From assembly GCA_000004985.1 (NCBI GenBank), contig GG738870.1: a DNA stretch of 64,000 nt; one strand, 5' to 3'. Origin of the DNA: Naegleria gruberi. Its lineage: Eukaryota. Below, piece by piece: positions 22,472 through 34,286 of this stretch; the first letter of the stretch is position 1; each line of letters opens with the position of its first letter. The notes under the pieces are model-generated. The model was given only the letters and a program-made list of their open reading frames with translations. It was not told where the DNA came from and searched no databases. The translations under genes and the position numbers were made by a program.

Positions 22472-25156
22472 ATGAAATATCGACAAGAACGATCGTTGAT
22501 ATCATCACCAACATGGACTTTATCCCTTCTTCTATTATTTATTGTAATTTTATACTATTGTAAACATGATGTTTCATCAACGACAATTATCACAGATGAT
22601 TACCAAAGGATGTTGAATATTAATGATGATGATCAATTGGGAAGTATTGGATCGGGGAAAACAAATCCTACCAACATTAAAACTGTTGGTGAATATTCAC
22701 AACCATTTTCAAGTCATCAATCATTAGATTTGACACGACTTGTTGAGGATGATGATGCATCAACAAATCAAGTTGCAGCATCAAACAGTTCTCAGCACGT
22801 TTGTCCTTTCATATTATATGGAAAACATTGGGATGAATATAAAACAAATTCAAAGAATAGAAATACGAAATTTAATTCCGAAAGAGAACGAATGTTTAAT
22901 GAGAGAGTTTTTCTGTTTAATCAGACAGAGTGGACTTTTAAATTTCCAGAACAGAAAAATCCACTAACATGCCCAAAGTTTACATTAAACAAGTGGAGAA
23001 GATATGTGCCAATGGTCAACCCAGATGAAAATATTCTTTACTATTTAGGAAAGGAGGTTGAATTTTGTAAATCATATGATAAATGGACCTATGAACAAAA
23101 ATTTCTAATTAATGGAACAATAGTTGTGAAGAATGTGACTGAATATTTCAATTTTGGGCAAGTTTGTGATAAATTGTTTTGCTTTCCACAGAATTTACTA
23201 GATTTAGTAAGAAATGACAATTTTAGATATGGATTGAATTTTACAGAACTCATTACCAATTCTACCATTTTCTTGAACATGTTTCCACAACGTGTAGTGT
23301 TACAATTTTTAGAAAAATGGGCCATCAGTTATGATGACAATTTGGAACACGATTTTGATCCTCAAACATTGGAAGTTTCACAACAATTGAACAAGATAAT
23401 GCATCAAATCGTTCCATTCCTACCTTTTAATTTTACAAATTTGAATCAAATTGCAGAATATTATACTGCTTGTAATACTTGCAGAGATTACAACAAGTAT
23501 CCAGTTTTGCCATCGAGAGATGTTTGTATTGCTATAGATTTTCCATTTGAATGTAATTATGGAAATCGAAATTCGACCAATCATTTAAGAGATGGATATC
23601 CACTCATTGAAATGGTCTCTAGAAGAAATAGTATTTTCAGAAATGTCATGAACATGACAGCAGAACCTTTGTGTTATTGTCCAAGGCCTGGCTCTGTAAA
23701 AGTGAATGCTTTAGGAAATGATGTAATATTCTCTGAAGTAAGCTTCTTTTCCACAAAGGTTGCTTCACAATGTGATGTTTTTACTCAATTTTGGTATCCA
23801 TTGCATGATTCAAAATTCTTGAGTATTATTCTGGTCATGTTGGAAATACTTTTGAATTTTCTCTTATTTGGAATTGTATTGGTTCCATTGTTGATTCAAT
23901 TTACTAAGGAAGTATTCATGAAATTGAGAGGAAAACCTTTCAAAATTCCAAAACTGAGGTCAATCCTGTCAAATCATGATAAAACATTTGCCAAAATTAT
24001 TGAGAAGAATAGTCAAGCAAGAAATGCCAACAAGTCAACTGAATTTTCCAATACTCTATTCATGTTCACTACCTCTGCATATAATAAGAGATCTTGGAAG
24101 AGAATTTTGTTTGATTTGAGACTCTACTCTGCATTGGCATTGCAAATGGGCTATTTGTGCTTTTTGGCATCTGACATTCTTGGAACTTCTTCCACCATTG
24201 AAAGTCCTACTGAAATTAATACATCAGAATCAGTCATGTTCTTAACAGGATCTGGATTTACACTTATTGGAACCATGCCAATCCTAGCCATGTGGGTCGA
24301 TGTAATGAAAAAGACTGAAAACAATTCTGAAAGAATTTCACTCAAGATTAGTATTCCTCTCTTTCTATTCATGACATTTGGAGTTGCTGGAGTGGTTGCC
24401 TATGCCATTACTGATTATTTCAGTTCATTCTTCTCCTCTGCTGTTTTCATGTTGTGTTTGGTTGTAATTTTTGTTTGCGTAATTATTGGACTTTTCATTT
24501 ATGGATTTAAAATTTATTGGAATTTGAGAAAGGTTTCGAGAATTAATTTTTTCCAATTCAGATTTACTAGATTTTTGGTGGCTTCCTCATTCTTTGTAAT
24601 CTTTCCAGCATTTTACATGGTTTTTGATATTGCCACAAGTATTTATCAGAGTGAGAGTGGTCTGTATCCAAGTAATCGATTCTATTACTTGTATTCTCCA
24701 TTTATTACAAGTATTTTCCTTCTAGCTTATGGATCTTCATTGATTTATGTTTTGTTTCCATCAATGAAATTATTAATGGAAAGTTACCGATTGTTTGTGT
24801 ATTGTACATTGTGTTGTTGTGGAAAATCACCAAGAGTTAAGGCATTTATGAAGAAACATCAAGAATATAGAGATGAATATGAAGGTTCTTGGGATAATTT
24901 GTCTGAAAATGGAAGTGTACAAGTTGGAAGATTACCTTATTTAGTAACTAAGAGTCAAAAATCCTTAAAATCAGTTGAAGGAACAACATTTGACGATCTG
25001 AGCATTAATTTGAATCATTCCAGTATTACAATTAATGGAGAAAATTTACAAAATTTGGATGCCATTCCAGTAGATGATTCAATTTATTATGAAAATCAAA
25101 TTGATTCATCTCCAAAAACTGAAAAACAAAAAGAACTTTCACAACCACTTCTCTAA
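22472..25156 (+). CDS. Seven-transmembrane receptor-like protein with large Cys-containing N-terminal ectodomain
   Basis: N-terminal signal/anchor, ~430-aa ectodomain, then seven hydrophobic helices in aa ~450-760 and a cytoplasmic tail. ATG at 22472. Confidence 0.7.
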   Translation: MKYRQERSLISSPTWTLSLLLLFIVILYYCKHDVSSTTIITDDYQRMLNINDDDQLGSIGSGKTNPTNIKTVGEYSQPFSSHQSLDLTRLVEDDDASTNQVAASNSSQHVCPFILYGKHWDEYKTNSKNRNTKFNSERERMFNERVFLFNQTEWTFKFPEQKNPLTCPKFTLNKWRRYVPMVNPDENILYYLGKEVEFCKSYDKWTYEQKFLINGTIVVKNVTEYFNFGQVCDKLFCFPQNLLDLVRNDNFRYGLNFTELITNSTIFLNMFPQRVVLQFLEKWAISYDDNLEHDFDPQTLEVSQQLNKIMHQIVPFLPFNFTNLNQIAEYYTACNTCRDYNKYPVLPSRDVCIAIDFPFECNYGNRNSTNHLRDGYPLIEMVSRRNSIFRNVMNMTAEPLCYCPRPGSVKVNALGNDVIFSEVSFFSTKVASQCDVFTQFWYPLHDSKFLSIILVMLEILLNFLLFGIVLVPLLIQFTKEVFMKLRGKPFKIPKLRSILSNHDKTFAKIIEKNSQARNANKSTEFSNTLFMFTTSAYNKRSWKRILFDLRLYSALALQMGYLCFLASDILGTSSTIESPTEINTSESVMFLTGSGFTLIGTMPILAMWVDVMKKTENNSERISLKISIPLFLFMTFGVAGVVAYAITDYFSSFFSSAVFMLCLVVIFVCVIIGLFIYGFKIYWNLRKVSRINFFQFRFTRFLVASSFFVIFPAFYMVFDIATSIYQSESGLYPSNRFYYLYSPFITSIFLLAYGSSLIYVLFPSMKLLMESYRLFVYCTLCCCGKSPRVKAFMKKHQEYRDEYEGSWDNLSENGSVQVGRLPYLVTKSQKSLKSVEGTTFDDLSINLNHSSITINGENLQNLDAIPVDDSIYYENQIDSSPKTEKQKELSQPLL

Positions 25157-25369
25157 TATTTACTTTTTTGATAAAAAAGGCAATAAATATATTAGAAATT
25201 AGAAAATTATTAAAAAAATTCAAATAATTAAATAATTTTAAAATCATCAAATCTTCAAAAAATCAATAATTTTATAACAGTAAAATATTACACAATAATT
25301 ACTTGTTAAATATTCCTTCAATATCAGTGGAAATGGCCACATTTAGTAAAAAACAAAATCTAAAAAAAA

Positions 25370-25819
25370 ATGCAGCAAGACAATCAACATGACGATGAAG
25401 TGGATCCATTCGCTCCTCCACCACCTCCACCATCATCAACACCAACACCAACAAACGGAAGACAACAACATCAAGAAATTGATGACGATGGACCAATGGA
25501 AGTTTTAGTAGAATATTCGTTTAGAGACTTTGAACGTTTTACTCATGTTACTCCGAATGATATGATTTCTTATCAATCGGGTAAAAAGAGTTTTTATGAT
25601 GTGTTGTATGATATCAAGACACCTTGTGGAGAAATTTATAATAACATGATGAATTATGTTCATAATATGGCCATTGCACAACAAAAGGATATTTCTGTGG
25701 ATGATATTAGAGATTCTGTTGAGAGAAAAACATTTTTGGAATGTATTGATTTCCATTCCCATTTATATGAAGTTCGTACAAAGAATTTGGTTCTCAATAT
25801 TGAAGGTAATTCAAAATAA
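25370..25819 (+). CDS. Hypothetical protein (poly-Pro N-terminus)
   Basis: ATG at 25370 after a 10-nt a-run. 149 aa, no known domain. Ends next to a gtaattc donor-like site, so a further exon is possible. Confidence 0.4.
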   Translation: MQQDNQHDDEVDPFAPPPPPPSSTPTPTNGRQQHQEIDDDGPMEVLVEYSFRDFERFTHVTPNDMISYQSGKKSFYDVLYDIKTPCGEIYNNMMNYVHNMAIAQQKDISVDDIRDSVERKTFLECIDFHSHLYEVRTKNLVLNIEGNSK

Positions 25820-26025
25820 GTGTTGTAATGTTTGATATTGTGTTAATACGTGGATAATTTCATCTTGTTGTATTTATATTGAAACGACAATATTAAAGTG
25901 TCAATTAGGATTTGTTTTTTTAATTATTACCATTTCAGCATTGTTTTATATATTATTAATTAATTATTTTTGTCATTCCTCAATATTTTAAATTCAAGAA
26001 TATTCGAATTAGTGTGAAATTAAAA

Positions 26026-27113
26026 ATGCTTCAACAACAATTGGTTACTTCATCATCGTATCATTCCATTCAACAATTAAATCATCAAGCTCTTTTGAAT
26101 ATTTGCCAATATTTTGTCGATTTATCATCTTTATATTCCTTCCGATTGTCATGTAAATATATTCATGAGGAAATTTCCAATAACATTGAAGAGGAATTTT
26201 ACAAGTTTTATATTCAACACACCCTTTCAAAATTCCACTTTTCCAAAATTACTTCTCTATTCGATGAGGAAGAAGATAGGACGTTCGGAATCGAGTTGAA
26301 AAATTGTAGGAAATTACTGCAGGATTTTCTGAGAGAACCATTCATTAATGTTCAATATGATGAAAATGATTCTGATTTTAAAAGATATTTGGGATTGGGA
26401 GGTGTTGTTAGAGTGAGCATGTTTAAACCATGTGAATTGTTACAGATATTGATGAGAAATTTACACATCAAGGAGTGTGAGAAAATTCACAAAGTGCCAT
26501 TCCACAAGTATTTACTCATTTCTTCTCTATTTCCAGTATTGGATTGTCATGGGATTCAAATCAGAATGGATTGAGTGAATGGAATCAAGCTTATTCCAAT
26601 TCTAATAATTGTAATAGTGAAATTGAAAATGAAATTGCAGAGCTAAAAGTTTCACCTGGAAAATTACTCCTCTGGATGTGTAATCGTCCAGTGCATCCAA
26701 ATGATGAATTGGAGGGATCTAGCGATGAGGAGGAAATTTACATAGATGGAGAGTATGAGAGTAGTAGCAGTGATGATGAGGAATATGCCTATGTGGAGAC
26801 TATCGAGAATATCAAATATAATCCTCCATGTGAAATATCTTTCAAACTAAAAGATGCTAAATGGAATCCATATGGAGAGAAATCATTGAAATACCACTTG
26901 ATTTCCAATAAGCCACATGAGGAAAGAGTGGAAGATTACAAAATGTGTGACATTTTTACATTTTGCTCAAGACCTCCAAGTAGTAACTATGTTAGGAAGG
27001 GTCATGAAAAGAATTTTGAATTGGCTGTCAAGAAATTGAGAAGTAACTTGTTCAATAACTTTGAGAATATCTATACTCTCGATTGGTCTGGTACTATTTC
27101 AAGAAATAGGTAA
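26026..27113 (+). CDS. F-box-like protein, probably two or three exons (candidate 29-nt intron at 26508..26536)
   Basis: F-box-like ALLNICQYFVDLSSLYSFRLSCKYIHEEI. Two overlapping track ORFs (26014.. and 26544..) are joined in frame if CACAA|gtatttactcatttcttctctatttccag|TATTGG is spliced. A gtaagt at 27111 hints at a further short exon ending at 27297. Confidence 0.45.
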
Positions 27114-28413
27114 GTTGCATTGTATTATTTCAATGTCATACAAAGTACATTTCTAATATATTTTGGAATGTTTTGGAATAGATGCTGGAGTATCTTTTGG
27201 CAAAAAGGATTGGAATGGTGGGGTTGTTTTGCCTTTACCTTATACAATATTGAAAAGGGTGTATTCATTGTTACTCTTGCATCAGAATCTGACTAAGTTT
27301 TCAATTCAATTTGGATCTATTATTTCCAACCTTGCCAAGTTCATTCCCATCTCAGATTTGATATTCTTATTTAAGGAAACCATCTACGGACGGTATTATC
27401 TCAACAAGCATTTGCATCTCTCATATTCGAAATTTGTATTCAAATGTAAATCTTACTCAACCCAATTTACAATCATTCCATTCAAATATAATTCCATTCC
27501 TTCCAATATTAACTCTCCACTAGTGCTAGTATTGAACTTGCTCCAACGACTATCTGATATCAGACGATTCTACGTATGTGTTGACTTGATTAAAAGAGCA
27601 GTCGTCAACCATCATATGATACATGAACAGTAGACTCACCAACATCAACTAATAACACCTTTCAAAACAATAAAACAACATCAGTACAAGTAGGCTTGTT
27701 GTCTTTGTGGTTACAAGCAAGCCTTGGTTTTGGATTCTTCATCATATTATCGACATTCCTTTTTCTTCCAATTCCTTCAAAAAGCATTAATTTGCCATCT
27801 ATTATCATTCTCGGTCGGTTCATTCTCTATCCATCGATTACTAGTAGGCTTTCTGAAAAACAATCATCAAAGCCTTTTCCCATTCATTGAACTTATAATA
27901 TTCAAAAAGGCTTTTTCTCTCTTTTTCTATTATTATTATTATTAATTAATCTAATATTTAAATATTTATATTATTCATCCTTAATTCTCATCATCGGCTC
28001 AAAAAGCTTCCATCAAATAACTACAAAAACAACGTTGAGAGTTTTTTTCCTTTTGTTTGTTGTTGGCCCGACCTCTGTTTTCAACAAACTTTAAAAAAAA
28101 CCAAGAAATTATTATTCAGCAATACAACTCTTCGGCTTTGTGTTCAGAAAAACAGCGAAGAAGAATATTCAGAGAGTAGTACATTATTCCATATTATTAT
28201 TATATAATTTGAGGAGGATAACAAAGATATCGTATTGTTGTGGTGTACTGAACAATTATTGGCGAAATAGATCGTTTTTAATAATCAATACATATTTAAA
28301 CATTAATAGGAGATAAATATCATCATCATCAGTAAAGAAAATAATAACAAACTTCATCATCAAAATATAATACCTATTACTAATAATAATAGTAACACAA
28401 AAGACAAAATATA

Positions 28414-29951
28414 ATGGGCAATCATAATTCTAGCCACAAAGGAGCACCTCCAAATAATGCCAATCGACAGGATAATAACATACCCAGACCTGGTTCATCA
28501 CACGCTTTTCCAATCGTTATTGATGATTCTGGTAAGTTTTCAAAATAACAAGTATTGACAGCAAACAATAATAATATTAATATTTTCTTCTTCTTTTAAT
28601 ACAATGATAATGATGAACTAATTATACAGGACAAAGAAGGAGTACAATAGCGTCTGGTGGAAACTTGATGGCAACATCTCAAGGCAGGTCTCACTCACTT
28701 GTCAATACAGGACAAAATGGTAGTTTACCAAACAATTCTTTCCACTTGCAAATTAATAATAACACTAATGGAGCTCAAGGTAACTCTGCCGGTACACCTC
28801 ATTCTCCAACAACACCAAATCAAACAATACCTACAACTACAAATAATACAACAACAGCAACACAACCATCAACAAATCCAACTGGTCCTTATCCTGTGGG
28901 ATTGGTGATATCTGGAAAGTATAGATTGATGAGTAAAATAGGAAATGGAGCTTTTGGAGAAGTGTTTTTAGCTGTAAATTCACAAACATCAGACCAACAA
29001 CAAACAACAACAGAATACTATGCTGTCAAATTGGAATTAATGCCAACACGTAACCAACAAAATATGGCAGGAAAACAACAATTGATCTATGAAGCTAAGG
29101 TTATTAATTATTTATTCGGAACACACAGTAGTAATAACAGTAGCAATATGCCACAAACACCAGTTGTGGGAATACCGAGAGTCTATTGGTATGGATCTGA
29201 AGGAGCATACAATATCATGGTTATGGATCTTTTAGGACCATCTCTTGAAAGTCTTTTCAAGAAATGTAATCGTAAATTCTCCTTAAAGACTGTACTCATG
29301 TTAGCTGACCAAATGATTCAACGAGTTGAATTTACACACCGTAGGAATTTTGTCCATCGTGATATTAAACCAGATAACTTTTTAATGGGAAGAAAACCAT
29401 CATCTAGCGGACAAGTTTCTTCATCCACCAGCACGACAGCAAATGGAAACTTGTCAAGTGATAACACTGTGTATATGATAGACTTTGGATTATCTAAAAT
29501 GTACATTAGCGATAAAGGACACATTCCTTTAAGGAAAGATAAACACCTCACAGGTACTGCTCGTTATGCTAGTTTGAATAATCACAAAGGATATGAACAA
29601 TCAAGAAGAGACGATTTGGAATCACTGGGATATGTATTATTGTATTTCCTCCGAGGAACACTTCCATGGCAAGGTTTGACAGGAAAGACTAAAGAAGATC
29701 ACTATAACAATATTTATAACAAGAAGAAGAATATCAAGGTTGTTTCTCTTTGTAAGGGTTTACCTATTGAGTTTGCTACTTATTTGAATTATACCAGAGG
29801 TTTGAAGTTTTTCCAAGAACCTGACTATTTGTATCTGAGGAATTTATTCCTTAATTTATTCGTGAGAGAAAGATACTCATTGGATTATGAATGGGATTGG
29901 ATAGTTCAAGAACGAAAGCAACGCACGGAACAACAATCACAACAAAGATAA
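28414..29951 (+). CDS. Casein kinase I; two exons (28414..28531, 28630..29951) with an N-terminal MGNHNSS myristoylation-type motif
   Basis: CK1 motifs [27 protein letters not shown] and [29 protein letters not shown]. Exon 1 found upstream: ATG at 28414, donor G|gtaagt at 28532, acceptor tacag| before 28630, frame preserved across a 98-nt AT-rich intron. Confidence 0.85.
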
Positions 29952-31022
29952 TTGAATAATGCTATGGCTGTAAATATAGTTCTTAATGCGCGTTATATTC
30001 TCCATGACAATCAAACCCCTAAATCCCTTCCTTTCTCCCCTTTACCACCTTATTGTAATATCAATATAACTCACTTTGTGTTTTGTATTTTATTGTAAAA
30101 TTAAGCTAATTGCTTCTACAGTTCAAGTTGACTGAATCAATTTTGTTTGGTGAGATTGACATGTAATCTTCGACAAGATTTCAGTGATGAATTGACATGA
30201 TAACCTTCCAAACGAATCAACCTTTTGACATGTTTAGTTTATCATCTCGGATTGGATGGAGAACATTTCTTCCTGCTTCTCCGTTGGCTTTTTATAGTAT
30301 CTCATGCTTTGACTTTGTAAAATTAAGCGCAAAACTAATTTGTCCTTAGATTACCAAGATATTCGTTCTCAATCTAGAAAAAGTTGGTGCGAAAGGATTC
30401 GTGAACTTCTAATATGTAAATGTAAATGTAATACAATTACAATTTATTCGAATATTTTGTAATAATTTACAACTATTGAAAAAAGGCCACTTTATATCAT
30501 TATCGATTTTCTATTGCCCCATTTGAACCTGTAAAAACAGGAAATATTTACAGAACCAACCCTATCTCATTAATTTTTTGACACTTTCGTATTTGTGTTG
30601 AGTTTCGGCAACCTCTCTTACCACTAAAACATTTCTCATGCTCATCCATCATTTCCAATATTATCGTAAGAATCGAAAAGCGCCCAAACGTTTAAATCGT
30701 GGTTTCTAAAGGCAGTCCTTTATTCGAAATGGAAGAAACCCTACAATATTAGAGAACAATTTTCGATAACATTCACCAGTCCCGAGTGCACTATTGAAAA
30801 AAAACGAGCTAACTGATCCATCACCACCACATTATCCTCTTCTATTCGAAACTAATTCTCTCTGATTCAATAGAAGAAGAAAAAATCACAAGGTATTTTC
30901 CTACTCCGAGAAGAACAATTATACAGTTTGCCTTGTTTTCCAAATTCACTCTTCATCCCATACAAACATAGTACCGTATTGTGTTTCACCGTAAAGTCTC
31001 CAACTTCATACAAAATCACACA

Positions 31023-32738
31023 ATGAGCATCACCATCGACACGCTGCCTCAACAGCAACAACCTCATCATCAAATCGGCAGCACAAACACTCCAACAACA
31101 CCACAAGCACAAATAACTCCCGCCATTATTACAACACCCACAAACAACGAATCACACCAACAACAACAAACAAACAACTCGACGCCAAATGGTAATACAA
31201 CAAATAACAACAAACATCATCATCACTATACAAGTAGTGGGGGTGGAAATGGTGGATTACTTTCAGTGGCTACTCTGACAACAAATAGTTTCATGTTGAA
31301 TAATACACCATGTACGCCTTCGGTGGTTTCATCAGTGAATACATTGAGTAAGTCTCAATCGAATGGAAATTTGGGCATGTCGACGGCTATTGGTGGAAAT
31401 AGTAATATTGGAATGATGAATATTGGAAATGGTATTCATAATGGTCAACCTCCTGCTTCTACCAATAATCCACAAATGAATTTATGTGGATTTTTACTGA
31501 AAAACAGATGGAAAATTCAAGGTTTATTGGGACAAGGTAGTTTTGGAAGTATTTATTCGGCACACGATTTGGTGACTTCTGAGGAGGTTGCTATTAAAAT
31601 TGAGAAGGTTCAGTCAACGAGTAATCAACCACAAAATGGTCAACCAGTTACACCACAGGCTTCTTCACTGAAGGTTGAAGTTTGTGCATTGAAAAATTTA
31701 CAAAATTGTCGTTATGTTGTCACTTATATTCACAGTGGAAGACAGTACATTACTTATGGCAGTGAAAATGTAGCTCTCAACTTTTTGGTAATGGAAAGAT
31801 TGGGAGAAAATTTAGCAGAATTGAGAAGAAAAAACGCTAATGGTGTTTTTAATCTTGCCACAACAATGAGATGTGGTGTTCAAATGATTGATTGTATAGA
31901 GGAAATTCACAAGTCAGGATTTTTGCACAGAGATGTTAAACCTGCTAATTTTGTTACTGGTAGAACAAGAAATGCGAGAGGAAGAATATTCGTTATTGAT
32001 TTTGGATTGGCACGTGCTTATAAACATGAGGACGGCAATTTGAAACCACCAAGAAGTAGTTGTGGTTTTAGAGGAACACCACGTTATGCGTCGATCAATG
32101 CTCATAACGGTTTGGAATTGAGTAGAAGAGATGATTTGTGGTCGATATTCTATGTGATGGTTGAAATGGCTTCTGGTAATCTTCCATGGAGAAGAATGAG
32201 AGATAAGGCAGTTATTGGAAAGCTGAAAGAACAACACACCATTCAAAATTCAGCTGAACTTTTGAAGGGGCTGCCACAACAATTTGTTACCATGTTAAAT
32301 TATTTGAAAACTCTTAAATTTGAAAGCGAGCCAGACTATGCACACTTGAAGACTATTTGCAAATCATATTTTGCTCCTAACAAGGAAGCTTTAGAAACAA
32401 AAACCTATGAAGAATGTCAATTCGAATGGATTGTCAAAAATTCTGACGAAAACACCAATACTTCTTTAGAGAATGCCAACACAACAAGCACCACAAATCC
32501 TGATAGAACTGATTCCAAATCGAGAACTGGAAAATTGTCAACATCTGTCTTTTTTGGATCGACTAGGTTGAGTACTGTAAGCAATGCAAACCTTGGAAGT
32601 AATGCGTTGGTTGGAAGTCAACAAGAGTTTTCCAAATCTCTTCCTGACATGTCAAAAAAGAGAGGAAACAAGGGAGATGATAATGAAAGAGATGATCGAG
32701 AGGGAAAACAACCACATTGTAAATGTAGTATCATGTAA
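31023..32738 (+). CDS. Tau-tubulin-kinase-like (TTBK) CK1-group protein kinase
   Basis: GQGSFGSIY, HRDVKPANF and DFGLARAY motifs, plus the TTBK-diagnostic KPPRSSCGFRGTPRYASINAH and RRDDLWSIFYVMVEMASGNLPWRRMRDK. Track start 30981 is GTG; ATG at 31023. Q/N/T-rich N- and C-terminal extensions. Confidence 0.85.
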   Translation: MSITIDTLPQQQQPHHQIGSTNTPTTPQAQITPAIITTPTNNESHQQQQTNNSTPNGNTTNNNKHHHHYTSSGGGNGGLLSVATLTTNSFMLNNTPCTPSVVSSVNTLSKSQSNGNLGMSTAIGGNSNIGMMNIGNGIHNGQPPASTNNPQMNLCGFLLKNRWKIQGLLGQGSFGSIYSAHDLVTSEEVAIKIEKVQSTSNQPQNGQPVTPQASSLKVEVCALKNLQNCRYVVTYIHSGRQYITYGSENVALNFLVMERLGENLAELRRKNANGVFNLATTMRCGVQMIDCIEEIHKSGFLHRDVKPANFVTGRTRNARGRIFVIDFGLARAYKHEDGNLKPPRSSCGFRGTPRYASINAHNGLELSRRDDLWSIFYVMVEMASGNLPWRRMRDKAVIGKLKEQHTIQNSAELLKGLPQQFVTMLNYLKTLKFESEPDYAHLKTICKSYFAPNKEALETKTYEECQFEWIVKNSDENTNTSLENANTTSTTNPDRTDSKSRTGKLSTSVFFGSTRLSTVSNANLGSNALVGSQQEFSKSLPDMSKKRGNKGDDNERDDREGKQPHCKCSIM

Positions 32739-33125
32739 ATAATATTATTTTAGAGCGAAATAAATTGACATATTCGAGATTGAAGATTTGTGGATGTTTT
32801 GGTTTTTGGTTAAATATGTGAATTCACATATTTGGTTGTGAATAATGAAATGGTAATTTTAAACCGATCATTTCAAATACCTGTGAAGCCACAAACTAAA
32901 CTTCTATCATTTACTTATCTGTAGAAACAACATAATTCAAGAATTTCACAAGTTCATTCTTACCCATTCCAAAAATACTTCATCCAATGAGAAAGAAAAT
33001 CACGTTTGTGCTAATCTAAGCAAGATTAGGTTGAATGCAATCACGAAACTGCATTTTGAGAATTAAAATTGAAATTCTATAAATCTAGTGCCATTGTTGA
33101 CTAACGTTTAATTAAACTGAAAAAA

Positions 33126-34019
33126 ATGAAAATTTTGAATAGATATGAGGCTTGGTGGCCTGTTAGAATAGTTTTGGATGAAAACTATTCGACGCCACAG
33201 TTGTTTAAGAAGCAGATAGGAAATTCTGATAAGGATGAAATACGAGTGGTGAAGGAATGTATTGTAAGAATGCAAAATGAGCAAATTCATGAGAAGGATG
33301 AGAATGGATGGTTATTAGATATCAAGCGAAACATGACGAAATCAAGAATTCACATATATGAACAAATATTGAATGGATTTACCAATATTAATCAAAAGCA
33401 AAGGACAACCGAACTAATTAAGAAATTGAATTTGTGGGAAAATAGAGATTTTGCCTCATTATTTGTTGTTAAAAGGGATTTTACTGATCTGCCTTTTAAA
33501 TGGCAGCAAGAAAAGGAAATTGCACTGATAGCTATTCGAAGGGAGCCTAGTACATTCCAATTATTATCAAGAGAATTAAGAATGGACAAGGAAGTTATCA
33601 TGACAGCTGTCAAATTAAATGGAGATTTGCTGAGATATGTATGTGCAACGATTGAAAGAGAAATGGTTTTTACAGCCTTCTCTGCACTAATACCAATCAA
33701 ATATTGTGGTTTATATTGGATTATTGGTAAAATGGCTGATGATAGGGATATTGTAATGGCAGCTGTCAAATCTGATGGTCAAGCTCTTAAGAATGCTTAT
33801 GAATATCAAAATGACAGAGAAATTGTAACAACAGCTGTGCAACATAATGGCTGTGCTATTCAATATGCTTCATTTGAATTGCAATTAGATACTGAGATAG
33901 TGCTGACAGCTGTCAAGCAAAATCCTGATGCTTATTTCCTTGCAACATTTGAATGTCAGACAGATCCTGAAATAATGGAAGCTGCTGGTATAACAGAAGA
34001 TATGGGAATTCTATTTTAA
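33126..34019 (+). CDS. DUF4116 repeat protein
   Basis: Tandem ~36-aa repeats of the form EIVxTAVKxNGxxLxYASxELQxD: IVMTAVKLNGDLLRYV, IVMAAVKSDGQALKNAYEY, IVTTAVQHNGCAIQYASFELQLDTEIVLTAVKQNPDAY. ATG at 33126. Confidence 0.75.
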   Translation: MKILNRYEAWWPVRIVLDENYSTPQLFKKQIGNSDKDEIRVVKECIVRMQNEQIHEKDENGWLLDIKRNMTKSRIHIYEQILNGFTNINQKQRTTELIKKLNLWENRDFASLFVVKRDFTDLPFKWQQEKEIALIAIRREPSTFQLLSRELRMDKEVIMTAVKLNGDLLRYVCATIEREMVFTAFSALIPIKYCGLYWIIGKMADDRDIVMAAVKSDGQALKNAYEYQNDREIVTTAVQHNGCAIQYASFELQLDTEIVLTAVKQNPDAYFLATFECQTDPEIMEAAGITEDMGILF

Positions 34020-34286
34020 CAAATTTCAAAATAAAATCTTTGAAATTCATAGAAAATTAAGATTTTATTCAAAATAATAGTAATCAAATTTAATGGTTGC
34101 GTGAAACAAATGGATTCACCTTGCAATTGAAAATATTCATGTTTGGAATTGCGAGAAGCATGTCGTCCTAAGTTCTAATAAATATTCGATTTTAAATTCG
34201 AATCCGAAAAAGGAATTTCTTGTCGTATAACTAGTTTGCATGATATGAGTTTGTTAGCAATTCACCAATTTAAAAAACCGAACCAC

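Noticed and set aside
27163-27633. 156-aa plus-strand ORF downstream of the 26026 gene
   Set aside because: Starts on TTG, has no domain and uses rare codons (cta, cga). The candidate splice from the upstream gene enters a different frame that stops at 27297. More likely 3'UTR
33392-33769. 125-aa minus-strand ORF
   Set aside because: Antisense to the DUF4116 repeat gene; no features
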